From Candidatus Zixiibacteriota bacterium (GTDB lineage: Bacteria; Zixibacteria; MSB-5A5; UBA10806; 4484-95), in the NCBI GenBank assembly GCA_037441845.1, contig JBBIRK010000009.1, forward strand, positions 1 to 54,689: a stretch of DNA of 54,689 bases. Reading direction: 5' to 3'. The position numbers and the translations under genes were made by a program. Numbering within the stretch: the stretch's first letter is position 1; each line of letters opens with the position of its first letter. Shown piece by piece: positions 28,602-38,237 of the stretch. The notes under the pieces are model-generated. The model saw only the letters and a program-made list of their open reading frames with translations. It searched no databases and had not been told where the DNA came from.

Positions 28602-31600
28602 ACCACCGCAATCTTGATTTTGGCCGATTGGCCGCTGGTCAAATTATTTATGAAAAGATAATACGGCCCGCTTAACACTCTTTCTCCGGAAGAGCTGCGC
28701 CCGTTCCATTCCATCGCATTTTCATCGGAATAATACGAACCGGCGGTGAAATTCCGCTTCGATTCCCAAACTTTCGTGCCTTCCGTATCGTAAATCAGGA
28801 ATTCGAGATCGGCGTCCTCGGATAAATTGAATCCTATACGCAGCGGCCCTTGCGAAGCCAGGAATGGGTTTTGATTCAACCTCAGCGAGCCGGCGAATTC
28901 CGGATCAATTAAAATATATCGGGGGGATTTTATCGTGAAGTCCTCGCCATCGGGAAATACCACCCTGACGAACTGCTCGGGAACCTCTCCGACAATCAAT
29001 CTGGCCTTGATCATATCCGAACTCAGCGTTATCCCGAGCCTTATGAAATCGGCATCCCGGCGCGCGGTCAATCTCAATGAAACGTCCAAACTGGAATCGG
29101 GGTCGATCACGATCGGCGGGGATATGTCATAATGAATCACTGAATCGGTCAGAACGCCGGCAAAATCTACGCCGTCAAGAGTAATCGTAGCGGAGGCAAG
29201 CGAATTCGATGGTATCGGCAGATCGTTTTCATCGACCAACACCGTCCTTATCTCGGTCAAGCCGATTTGACCGGCGGCGACCAGAGTCGAATTTAGGAGG
29301 CGAAAACGGAGGATTTCAAACGGTTGCCCCTTCACTATCGCTCCTTTCGGCTGTCTTATATCGCGTAAAACGAGATTGGGGACTTCGTTTCTGATTATTA
29401 CGGACAGACCTGTCGAATCCGCTATCATGAAAGCGGGCCGATTCGAATTCGAATCAATCGGGCTATCGACTATTCTTACACTGATCGATGTCCCCTGCAG
29501 GATTTGGGAATCGGGAGCGGTCACCGTCCAGCTTACGGGAATACCCGGCGTGAATTGTCTTATCAGCGGTTCTGAACTGTGGAATCCCGGTGATTGAAAA
29601 TCCAATGCCATCGTTCCGTCTCCGGCGGGAGCCTGGCCCAGATTGGCCGCCATCGCCTCAATAACGAAGTATCCCGACGGTTCGATGATTCTATCCATGG
29701 CCGACGGGGGCGAGACGATATTTAGTCCGAGGTTGATTATCGATCTGGTTTGAATTTGCAGGGGAATCCAGATTCGGCTGTCATAAACCGAATCGCCCGT
29801 GTTAAAATCGAAAGTCCAGCAATCGACTGCAATCGAATCCTGTGTCGGTGATTCCGGCGCCTGAAGGTTCCAATTGATCAGCGCTTCAGCAGTCGATTGG
29901 ACAAGAGGATCGGCGCTGGAAAAACCGTCAGGCAAATAAATACGGGCGAAGGCGGGTCCGCTGTTTCCTGCGCGGAACACGGAATCGCCGATCGTGAAAT
30001 TTTGAGACGTGGAAAGAATTCGATCGATCGCCCCGTCAGGCGAAACGACCTTTGCCCGATGAGTTATGGAAGCGAAATCGGTCACCGTCAAGACAACGGA
30101 GGCGATGGAATCGGCGGCGAGCGCTGTGGTGGAATCGTTAAGGTCGACGAATCGACCGCGGAACACCACCGAGATCGCGCTGGCGCTACGGGTCGTCAGA
30201 GGAGCTCTAACTCTCCAAGCAACAGCTTGCCCAAAAATCAAATCCCGGCGTGTGGAATCCACGGCCTGGAATGCGGAGTCGCCGTGAAAATCGAGCTCGA
30301 TCTGGTTCGATCCTGAGTAGCTGGAAGAGCCATCGTTGAAAGCAACCGCATAAAGCAAGAAAACCTGGCCGGTCGAAAGCGACTCGTCGGAAGCATATAT
30401 AGTGTCGAAACGCAGCGACGCCGGGGATTCGATAACGACCGCCGCCGAGTTGTCGAGAGGTGGCAGAATTTGGGCGGATTGACCGGTAAATCTGCTTCGA
30501 GAATTGACAATAGCCACATGGAAAATTTCCGCGGGATCGGGATTGGTGGAGGCGGTTATATTAAACGTAAACGGAGCGTCGGCTAAGCCATCGAGAGTGC
30601 CGAATTGCAAAGTATCGTCGAATTGCGAGGAGCCGTCACTGGATAACAATAGTGATATCGAATCCACGGGATCGACTCCGAAGTTACTGATGCGGCCGGC
30701 AATGACGAACGACTGATTGGTGTTAACCCGGGGAGCGTTATAACTAACCACATAAAGTGAATCAATCCGCAAAGCGCCTGGGGTCAAGACCTCGAGTGAT
30801 TCCGGATAAATGTCGAGCGTAAACGGCAATGAATTCTGAACACCAGCGATATGAATGGTCGGCCGGTATCTACCGGGACTGAATTGCTGGGGTAAAGCCG
30901 TGGTTCTGAAGGTCAAGGTTGTATCGCCCGCAGTAATCCTTTCAATCCGGACCGCCGGGTTCGTATCGAGCGATGCGGAATAGATACTCTGACCGTCGCT
31001 GAAGCTAATCGTGGTCAATGCCTGATTCAAATCGAGAGCGGCGGTGCCGGAATTATTGAATCTGGCGGTGAAGTTGATTGCGGTTCCGGTCAGCAGGCTG
31101 TCGGGACGAAGACTTGAGTTTATATAACTCAACTGCACCGCTGATAGGACCTCAACGCTATCGAAATGGATTAGTGAATCAACCACAAAAGAACCGAGCT
31201 CGGTGCCGAAGTATTTCAATGTAACTGCATGCCGGCTGCCGGCCAGCGCGGAGGGTATCTGCGTGGAAACAAAAGCGATTTCGGCCGTCGAGCCGCCACT
31301 TATTATCGCAGGCTGAATCAGATTCGCCCTGACACTGCTCTGACCTGCGCCGAGAACCAGATGTGAAGTGTCGCTCAAACTCAGGGCGGCATCGCCCGCG
31401 TTAGCCAGGCGGATGATGAAAGAATATGCAAGCCCCGCTGATACCATCCTGGGCGACAACGACGAATCGACGTAGCTTATTTGCGAGGCCCGCAGGACTT
31501 CGAGCGTATCCGTAAATTGCCTTAAACTATCGGATGTAAATCTTCCGGCATAAGCGCCCGTTACTTTCATCGCAAGAGGATGATGGCCAAACGACACCGC

Positions 31601-34600
31601 TGGAGTTATCGGAAGGGCGAATACGAATGTCGTTTCAATCCCAGCTCCAACCGTATCGGGTAGAGTCGGGCTGAAAATCGGGGAAAATTGGAACCCGGCA
31701 TCGTCGAAAATCGAAATCGTAGTAATAACTACCGGCAGCGCGCTTAAATTAGTCAACGCAACGCTGCCGTATGCGGTATCCCCTCTGGCCACCTGGGAAT
31801 TGACCAATGAGAGCTGATCGGCGGTCAGTGAAACCACATCCACGATGTTCGATTGGTCGGAAATTCCTGATTGAGAAGAGGCGGTGAAAAATACCTGCCC
31901 GCCTATTCCCGAATAGGTGACTCCAAGGGCCGCCAAATCGGCCTGACCCAGGCTGAAATCATCGGCATCGCGCAAAATATTGTTGGTCATCGGCCCACCC
32001 GTGGAGGCGCTGATCACCACCGTATCCGTACTTGCATCATAATCGGTTTTTACATTGCCGAACCCATCTTTTGCCGTAATCACCGCCGGTGAACTAAAGG
32101 CAGATCCAGATATCTGAGGAGTGGCGATGATCGGCTCGAAATCCGCCAAAGCTGCCGGACGAACGAGTATTTCATCAGTACCGCGGACGACTGATCCGGC
32201 AACTCCCTTCAGACGTGCATTTCCGGCGCGAACCAGCGTCTGTGGTGAACTTCCCCACCCGGCATCGACTATGATATTATTCAAGACCGGCTGTGTGCCA
32301 TCGGGTGAGTTGCCCGCTCCTATGCTGTCGGTGACGGTGATTATTCCTGAGGCGCTATTGCCGTAAGCATCAACCGCCGCTGATGCGGTAAGAATGAATG
32401 AGGTCCCGGCGGTGACATTCGGAGGCGCAGTCAACACGAATGAACTTATCTGTGCGGCTCCCACGCCGATGGCCGCGGAGGTGTCGGCGATGGAGCCTCG
32501 GGATACTATGATTCTCTGCAAACCAGCGCTCCTCAAAGAGAATCCGCCACCCGCGAAAAGATGCTGACCGGCATCACCGCCGGTGAAACGATAAGGCCCG
32601 GGCAACACCGCCTGAGCATCGGTCGAGGAGAAAAACACGCTGTCAGTGAAATTAGTCTTCAAATTGCCGTAAACATCATACACCCGAACCAAAATGTCAT
32701 TGGCCGGCGAGGGAAAACTCTGCCCCGCCACCACCGATGACGGATAACCAGAGGCGTCAATCGCCCCCAGCGATGCCGGAGCCACCACTATCGCCGCCGT
32801 AGAGTCGCTGAATCCACCCGAACTGCCGGCCAATATCGTCACCACCGCATTGGTCAAAGTCTGATAGGCCTCACCGGAACCGGAAGTCACCGTCACGTCG
32901 GAATAAACCGGCGGTATGCCACCCGGAGATGAGCCGCCGCCTGAAACCGCCGCTACGCTCACCAGCCCCGAAGCGGCATTGCCGTAGCTGTCAACGGCCC
33001 CACTCACCGTCAAAAGAAACGGCGAGCCGGCGGTGACCCCGCCGGGCGCAGATACCGTAAACGAGCTTACGCCGGCCGAACCGACCGAGATGGCCGCGGA
33101 GGTGTCGGCGATGGAGCCTCGGGATACTATGATTCTCTGCAAACCAGCGCTCCTCAAAGAGAATCCGCCACCCGCGAAAAGATGCTGACCGGCATCACCG
33201 CCGGTGAAACGATAAGGCCCGGGCAACACCGCCTGAGCATCGGTCGAGGAGAAAAACACGCTGTCAGTGAAATTAGTCTTCAAATTGCCGTAAACATCAT
33301 ACACCCGAACCAAAATGTCATTGGCCGGCGAGGGAAAACTCTGCCCCGCCACCACCGATGACGGATAACCAGAGGCTTGGAAGCGTCCCACAATTCCCGG
33401 GGATACCGTTATTGTATCCGTGGTCGCCTCGGCCGAACCTGCCACCGCCCGCAAAATGGTATTCACGGCATTGGTCAAGACCTGAGGGGCCTGACCGGTG
33501 CCATTGGTCACATTTACGTTGCTATACACGGGCGGGACTCCATCGGGCGATAATCCGCCGCCGTAGCTTGCGCTTATTGTGGCAACACCGTTGGCGGGGT
33601 TTCCGAATACATCATAAGCGCTTACCGAAAGGTTGAATGAAACGCCAGCGGTCTGCGGCGTGCCGGCCGAGACGTACAGGGAATCGATGATGGATGGGCT
33701 GACGGCGATTGCGGACGATGAAGTCGTTCGAATGCTATCGGTTACGCTTATAGTGCGATTGCCGGAGCGTCTCAGGACGAAACCGGCACCCGGAAAATTG
33801 TGTCGCCCGGAGTCGCCGGCGGTGAATTGATATTTACTTGCCTGAGTGTAAGGCAACGTGGCAAGGCTGTCATTGGAAATAAAGTAGATTTGGCCGAGAT
33901 AATTCGTTTTCAAATTATCGTTGACATCGTAAGCGGCTACGACAATGGGGGCAGCAAATGGAATTCCGGCGGTTTGTGCCGAGGGCGTTCCCGAGATAGT
34001 GAATCTTCCGATCGGCCCGGGAGTAACGGTTAATAGGCCTGAAGTATCGGAAATTCCTCCCGATGCGGCTATTACCTTGCAGCTGCCGACCTTCAATGCT
34101 CGAAAAGTGCCATCGATGATCGTTCCACAGGAATCGACCGTTACATTCCAGGTATAAGTCAGTCCGGTTTTTGCATTGCCGTATCGGTCGAATCCCGCCG
34201 CCGAAAACATCACCAGGGAATCCGAAGGGATATTGATAGGCCCATCGGGGGAAAGCGTAATATGATCGAGAGGTGCCGGAGTGATATTAAAAGGCAAGGA
34301 GGCAACCGGATTATTGACTATATTCTGCAGAGAATCCACGGTCATCACAGTCACGTGATAATTGCCGGCGATCGTGTCGTTATTCACCAGCGCGAATTTT
34401 ATGGTGATCCGCCCGGTATCGGCATCATCGCCGTCATCGAGGATGAATTTTACGGTTTGCGCCACCACGTCTATGGAATCGATCGCCTGCTGATCGCCGT
34501 CATTCGATATGTCGGTATCTTTATACTCGGCCCAGGTTATCCCTCCTATATCGAATCCAGTGCTGAAATTGATCCAGACTTCTCCTCTTGCGCCGATTCT

Positions 34601-35077
34601 TGCGGTCGTAAGGTCGAATCCCACTGAATGAGTATCCTGAGCGCCGGCAGTGCCTATAGTCAGGGAGTCGGTTATGTTCATTAGCAAACCATCAAGCAAA
34701 ATCAACGGCGGTTCGAAATCGGCTTTGAAAGTATCCGAATTGATCGATATCTTAGCTTTTTGCGGCGAACTTTCGGATGCGGATATAAATAACGACAACC
34801 TTTGTCCCGGGCTCAATTGGTCGATGTTAGGCAGGGAATAATGTCCCGGCTTGTTCGCCTTAATAACCACTGCCTTATTATCCACGGCCGCGAATACCGC
34901 TATTTGGGATTCATCAGCCAAAGCGATATCCAACATGTTTCCTTGGATATTCCGATCGATCAAGATATCGGCGCGGAAGTAGTTATCGGCCAGAAGATTA
35001 GTCCCGCCGAGCAAGAAGACCATGATCGAAAGTAAAAATATCCGGCGCCGGAGACGCCTTCTATGAAGCAAAATCAT
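28595..35077 (-). CDS. Giant secreted Ig-like repeat protein with FlgD-Ig/T9SS-like C-terminal domain (putative adhesin)
   Basis: Signal peptide, repeated DxYGN Ig-like modules, C-terminus NPF...IYDTEG..V...WNGR..SG..V.SG.Y...KIAVVW; start 35077 or 35095. Confidence 0.85.
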   Translation of the reverse strand: MILLHRRRLRRRIFLLSIMVFLLGGTNLLADNYFRADILIDRNIQGNMLDIALADESQIAVFAAVDNKAVVIKANKPGHYSLPNIDQLSPGQRLSLFISASESSPQKAKISINSDTFKADFEPPLILLDGLLMNITDSLTIGTAGAQDTHSVGFDLTTARIGARGEVWINFSTGFDIGGITWAEYKDTDISNDGDQQAIDSIDVVAQTVKFILDDGDDADTGRITIKFALVNNDTIAGNYHVTVMTVDSLQNIVNNPVASLPFNITPAPLDHITLSPDGPINIPSDSLVMFSAAGFDRYGNAKTGLTYTWNVTVDSCGTIIDGTFRALKVGSCKVIAASGGISDTSGLLTVTPGPIGRFTISGTPSAQTAGIPFAAPIVVAAYDVNDNLKTNYLGQIYFISNDSLATLPYTQASKYQFTAGDSGRHNFPGAGFVLRRSGNRTISVTDSIRTTSSSAIAVSPSIIDSLYVSAGTPQTAGVSFNLSVSAYDVFGNPANGVATISASYGGGLSPDGVPPVYSNVNVTNGTGQAPQVLTNAVNTILRAVAGSAEATTDTITVSPGIVGRFQASGYPSSVVAGQSFPSPANDILVRVYDVYGNLKTNFTDSVFFSSTDAQAVLPGPYRFTGGDAGQHLFAGGGFSLRSAGLQRIIVSRGSIADTSAAISVGSAGVSSFTVSAPGGVTAGSPFLLTVSGAVDSYGNAASGLVSVAAVSGGGSSPGGIPPVYSDVTVTSGSGEAYQTLTNAVVTILAGSSGGFSDSTAAIVVAPASLGAIDASGYPSSVVAGQSFPSPANDILVRVYDVYGNLKTNFTDSVFFSSTDAQAVLPGPYRFTGGDAGQHLFAGGGFSLRSAGLQRIIVSRGSIADTSAAIGVGAAQISSFVLTAPPNVTAGTSFILTASAAVDAYGNSASGIITVTDSIGAGNSPDGTQPVLNNIIVDAGWGSSPQTLVRAGNARLKGVAGSVVRGTDEILVRPAALADFEPIIATPQISGSAFSSPAVITAKDGFGNVKTDYDASTDTVVISASTGGPMTNNILRDADDFSLGQADLAALGVTYSGIGGQVFFTASSQSGISDQSNIVDVVSLTADQLSLVNSQVARGDTAYGSVALTNLSALPVVITTISIFDDAGFQFSPIFSPTLPDTVGAGIETTFVFALPITPAVSFGHHPLAMKVTGAYAGRFTSDSLRQFTDTLEVLRASQISYVDSSLSPRMVSAGLAYSFIIRLANAGDAALSLSDTSHLVLGAGQSSVRANLIQPAIISGGSTAEIAFVSTQIPSALAGSRHAVTLKYFGTELGSFVVDSLIHFDSVEVLSAVQLSYINSSLRPDSLLTGTAINFTARFNNSGTAALDLNQALTTISFSDGQSIYSASLDTNPAVRIERITAGDTTLTFRTTALPQQFSPGRYRPTIHIAGVQNSLPFTLDIYPESLEVLTPGALRIDSLYVVSYNAPRVNTNQSFVIAGRISNFGVDPVDSISLLLSSDGSSQFDDTLQFGTLDGLADAPFTFNITASTNPDPAEIFHVAIVNSRSRFTGQSAQILPPLDNSAAVVIESPASLRFDTIYASDESLSTGQVFLLYAVAFNDGSSSYSGSNQIELDFHGDSAFQAVDSTRRDLIFGQAVAWRVRAPLTTRSASAISVVFRGRFVDLNDSTTALAADSIASVVLTVTDFASITHRAKVVSPDGAIDRILSTSQNFTIGDSVFRAGNSGPAFARIYLPDGFSSADPLVQSTAEALINWNLQAPESPTQDSIAVDCWTFDFNTGDSVYDSRIWIPLQIQTRSIINLGLNIVSPPSAMDRIIEPSGYFVIEAMAANLGQAPAGDGTMALDFQSPGFHSSEPLIRQFTPGIPVSWTVTAPDSQILQGTSISVRIVDSPIDSNSNRPAFMIADSTGLSVIIRNEVPNLVLRDIRQPKGAIVKGQPFEILRFRLLNSTLVAAGQIGLTEIRTVLVDENDLPIPSNSLASATITLDGVDFAGVLTDSVIHYDISPPIVIDPDSSLDVSLRLTARRDADFIRLGITLSSDMIKARLIVGEVPEQFVRVVFPDGEDFTIKSPRYILIDPEFAGSLRLNQNPFLASQGPLRIGFNLSEDADLEFLIYDTEGTKVWESKRNFTAGSYYSDENAMEWNGRSSSGERVLSGPYYLFINNLTSGQSAKIKIAVVW
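32468..32755. repeat. 288-bp exact direct repeat, first copy
   Basis: Identical by eye to 33089-33376; offset 621 bp (207 codons). Confidence 0.95.
33089..33376. repeat. 288-bp exact direct repeat, second copy
   Basis: Identical by eye to 32468-32755. Confidence 0.95.
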
Positions 35078-35084
35078 ATGCGTC

Positions 35085-35112
35085 AAGATAATCAATAGCA
35101 GGAATTTGTCAA
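35085..35112 (-). promoter_or_regulatory. Putative sigma70 promoter, leaderless for the giant gene
   Basis: TTGACA-N16-TATCTT-N7-ATG(35077) on the minus strand. Confidence 0.5.
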
Positions 35113-35158
35113 TACCATATGTAAACTACCGAGATGATGAATGATTCGTAATTAGATG

Positions 35159-35701
35159 CTAACCTCCAAGGGCCTCGAAATTGGCGAAGTCGGCATGTAG
35201 TATGATGATAGCCTCGGTGCTCCGCTTGACATGATCGCCCTCATGCGAATGGCAAGCGATAATATGCACGACCTCATCGGGCAGACCGAGCTCATAGGCG
35301 AGCGCAGCGCCCGATACGGGGTGCCGAAGTATTTTTCCCTGCCTGGATTTGCCGATTTTGCCGCCGTCCTTTCCGTATTCGAGGAATTTGCCGACATCAT
35401 GTAAAAGTCCACCGGAAATAAGAATATCCTGATCGATCTTAAGGTATTCCGGGTATGATCTCGCGATGATTTCAGCCATTTTAATGGCGCACTGGGTGAC
35501 TGCTCGAGTATGCAGAATCAAACTCGGGACCGCTTTGTCTTTCACCAGCAGCGTGAACGGGATGTTTTCAAGCTCCGTTTCGTTCCAGCCGCCGCGCTTT
35601 ATGGCCTCGGCTATACATGCGGCGGTTTTCTTACGCAATTCTTCATCCGAAATTAGAGCAAGTTCGGGAAATAGTTTCTGCATCTTTTGTTCCCTTTCCA
35701 T
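35159..35701 (-). CDS. HD-domain phosphohydrolase (HDIG-type)
   Basis: HTRAV, GGLLHDVGK, RHPVSG, HIIACH, HAD; start uncertain (35713, 35701 or 35683). Confidence 0.9.
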   Translation of the reverse strand: MEREQKMQKLFPELALISDEELRKKTAACIAEAIKRGGWNETELENIPFTLLVKDKAVPSLILHTRAVTQCAIKMAEIIARSYPEYLKIDQDILISGGLLHDVGKFLEYGKDGGKIGKSRQGKILRHPVSGAALAYELGLPDEVVHIIACHSHEGDHVKRSTEAIIILHADFANFEALGG

Positions 35702-35810
35702 TTTATGAAACAACGACGGGTCGATTTTGCTTTTTAATCACGATAAACTCGATAATCTCATCGAAGCGTTTCCCGAGCGAACGAATTTGTCATTTTGCCC
35801 CACCCGCAAA

Positions 35811-36836
35811 TCAAGTATTCGAATACTGTCCAGCGGATTCGAGCTTGAATTCCGGTTTTAATTCGCCTATTTCGAGATTTCGATAATTTCTTAAAATCAT
35901 TGAATGGAATTTGCTCAATGATTCGAACTCCGCCAGGGTAACCATCCCCCATTGCCGCAAGGCCTCGAGGCTGAACGGAAACAGCGCCCGTCGGTTGCCA
36001 TCGGTGATCTTACAGGCCATGCCCAAGCCCCGACCGAGGATGCCCACGCAATGAACCCCCTCGGCGCCCACCTTGGCTATCAATTTTGTTCCGCATGTTT
36101 TCATAAGTTCGGTATCGTAGCGATTGGTTCCGCCAACCATTTCGGGATACGAGTTCATGGCGGTTGCAATCGTGCGGCAGGAATCGGCCAAATCTGTAGG
36201 CAAAGAAAAAGGCGCCGAGAATTTCGCGAATGCCAGAGCCATATTATATAGCGGCATGCCATGAACCGGCGCCGAACAGCCGTCTATGGCCAAATGAATA
36301 TCTTTTTCGGATAGACCGGACATTTCGGCGATAGTGGCGGTTATCGTTTTTTGGGCGGGATGATCGAATGCGAGATAATTCTCGATAGGATATCCCAGGT
36401 GACGACAAAGCGCCAGCATCCCGGCATGCTTGCCCGAGCAGTTGTGGTGTAAGGGGCTGATTTTCAAGTCGGTCGGCGGTTTGGTATTCGCATATAAATA
36501 AAACAGGGGTTCATGGGTTCCGCATTGTAAATGCTCGGGTCCCAGTCCGATCCGATCGAGAATTTCCGATACCGCTTGAACGTGATATGGTTCTCCTGAA
36601 TGCGAAGCGCAAATAACGGCCAGATGCTTTTGGGTAAAGCCGAATTTCCGAAGGCCGCCGGTACGGACAAGGGCGATAGCCTGCAACGGCTTTGCCGAAG
36701 AGCGCATAAAGGTGCGGGCATAGGGATCGCCGACGAAATAAAGCAATTTTCCGTCTGCGGCAGTGATTGCCAGGTTGCCATAGTGAGTTGACTCCAAACC
36801 GCCGTTGCGATACAGATTTACAACAGGAATCGCCAC
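35811..36836 (-). CDS. L-asparaginase II (Rhizobium AnsA-type) family protein
   Basis: RSSAKPLQA, CASHSGE, HNCSGKHAG, IDGCSAP, AKVGAEG, KITDG. Confidence 0.93.
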   Translation of the reverse strand: MAIPVVNLYRNGGLESTHYGNLAITAADGKLLYFVGDPYARTFMRSSAKPLQAIALVRTGGLRKFGFTQKHLAVICASHSGEPYHVQAVSEILDRIGLGPEHLQCGTHEPLFYLYANTKPPTDLKISPLHHNCSGKHAGMLALCRHLGYPIENYLAFDHPAQKTITATIAEMSGLSEKDIHLAIDGCSAPVHGMPLYNMALAFAKFSAPFSLPTDLADSCRTIATAMNSYPEMVGGTNRYDTELMKTCGTKLIAKVGAEGVHCVGILGRGLGMACKITDGNRRALFPFSLEALRQWGMVTLAEFESLSKFHSMILRNYRNLEIGELKPEFKLESAGQYSNT

Positions 36837-36837
36837 G

Positions 36838-37704
36838 CTAAATCTTCAATGATTTGAGGACTTCAGGAATTTCCATGAAGGTCTTGGCATGGTATCCGCC
36901 GGCCTCGCTAAGAGCTTTAACTTTGCTCTGAGCGGTTCCGATATTCCCCTCGACGATCGCGCCGGCATGGCCCATCCTTTTCCCCGGTGGAGCCGATAGG
37001 CCGCCGATCATGAATATCACCGGTTTGGACATTCGGCTGACTTGGGGAGCGGCTCTTTCCTCATAAACTCCCCCTATTTCACCGACCATGACCACGGCCT
37101 TGGTTTCGGGGTCTTTATCGAAAATTTTCAATATCTCATCGAATGTCGATCCGAGACAGGGATCGCCTCCGAGCCCTACACACGTGGTTTCCCCGTAACC
37201 GGTGCGGGTCAACGTATCGGCGACATAGTAGGTGAGCGAGCCGGAACGTGATACCGTGCCGATACGTCCCGCGGTAAACGCCATCTCCGGGATTATTCCT
37301 ACGTTGCATTGACCCGGAGTGATAATCCCTGCTGTATTGCCGCCGATCACGATCGTTCCTCTTTCGAGAGCGGCTTTGCGCACGTAAAGCATATCCGCGA
37401 TAGGTATATGTTCGGGAATCACCACCACCAGTTTCAATCCTGCATATATGGCCTCGAGAGCCGCATCCTTGGCAAAGCGCGCGGGGAGAAAAATTACCGA
37501 AGTATCCGCGCCGGTCGCCTCGACGCATTCGCCGACCGTATCGAAAACGGGGATGCCATCGATCGACTGCCCGCCCTTTCCTGGGGAGGTTCCCCCCACC
37601 ACGTTTGTGCCATAAGCTTTCATTCTTTTCGCATGAAATGACCCGCCGCCGCCTGTGATTCCTTGCACAACTATTTTCGACTTTTTGTCAATCAATATCG
37701 CCAT
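36838..37704 (-). CDS. sucD: Succinate--CoA ligase subunit alpha (or paralog)
   Basis: VQGITG, PGKGG, SRSGSLTY, GLGGD, GEIGG, GKRMGHAGA phospho-His motif. Confidence 0.9.
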   Translation of the reverse strand: MAILIDKKSKIVVQGITGGGGSFHAKRMKAYGTNVVGGTSPGKGGQSIDGIPVFDTVGECVEATGADTSVIFLPARFAKDAALEAIYAGLKLVVVIPEHIPIADMLYVRKAALERGTIVIGGNTAGIITPGQCNVGIIPEMAFTAGRIGTVSRSGSLTYYVADTLTRTGYGETTCVGLGGDPCLGSTFDEILKIFDKDPETKAVVMVGEIGGVYEERAAPQVSRMSKPVIFMIGGLSAPPGKRMGHAGAIVEGNIGTAQSKVKALSEAGGYHAKTFMEIPEVLKSLKI

Positions 37705-37761
37705 TTTGATATCCTTCGAATTGGATTTAGGCCCTTGGATAAAACGCTTTTCCCGGCCGTA

Positions 37762-38232
37762 TCAATCCTCCACTTTTTCTATTTTCACCTCTAACTTATA
37801 CTTGCCTTTTGGGATACTGACGAGATGGAAGGGCGATGTCAACACCGGCAAAAGCATACCCTGGGTTGAGATTCTATGGATCACGAAGACCTTGAGCAGT
37901 TGTCCGGATTTAACGATACGCGCTATTTCGATTCTGTGACCCGATGAGTTTTTTTGGCCCATGAATGCGGCTATCACGACCGTCGATTTGAAGTCGATTT
38001 CGGGAGGTACCGGCGCGGGTTCGATTTTTCCCGTCGCCAAACGCCAGGTTTTCCGCCATTGATCGTTGTTTTCGACGAGATAAACCGCGGCCGTGTCAGC
38101 GGCACTGCTTGTCCCGGCAAGGATCGTGCGAAAAGTGATCGGCGCCTCTGCTTGTCCTGCCCTATTGACCTGACCTGCGCAACTTGCGATCGCGATCATC
38201 ATGAAAAAGACAAGACCTAATCTGAATATCAT
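37762..38232 (-). CDS. Lipoprotein with PrcB C-terminal-like domain
   Basis: Lipobox IASC; PEIDF..VIAAFMGQKNSSGH.IEI...LTSPFHLV.IPK pattern; the ORF-track N-terminus overlaps sucC and is trimmed. Confidence 0.8.
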   Translation of the reverse strand: MIFRLGLVFFMMIAIASCAGQVNRAGQAEAPITFRTILAGTSSAADTAAVYLVENNDQWRKTWRLATGKIEPAPVPPEIDFKSTVVIAAFMGQKNSSGHRIEIARIVKSGQLLKVFVIHRISTQGMLLPVLTSPFHLVSIPKGKYKLEVKIEKVED

Positions 38233-38237
38233 GCGAA

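Noticed and set aside
32468..33376. 288-bp repeat pair as DGR template/variable repeat or CRISPR
   Set aside because: The copies are identical with no adenine-specific mismatches, in frame within one gene; no reverse transcriptase, spacers or cas genes in the window
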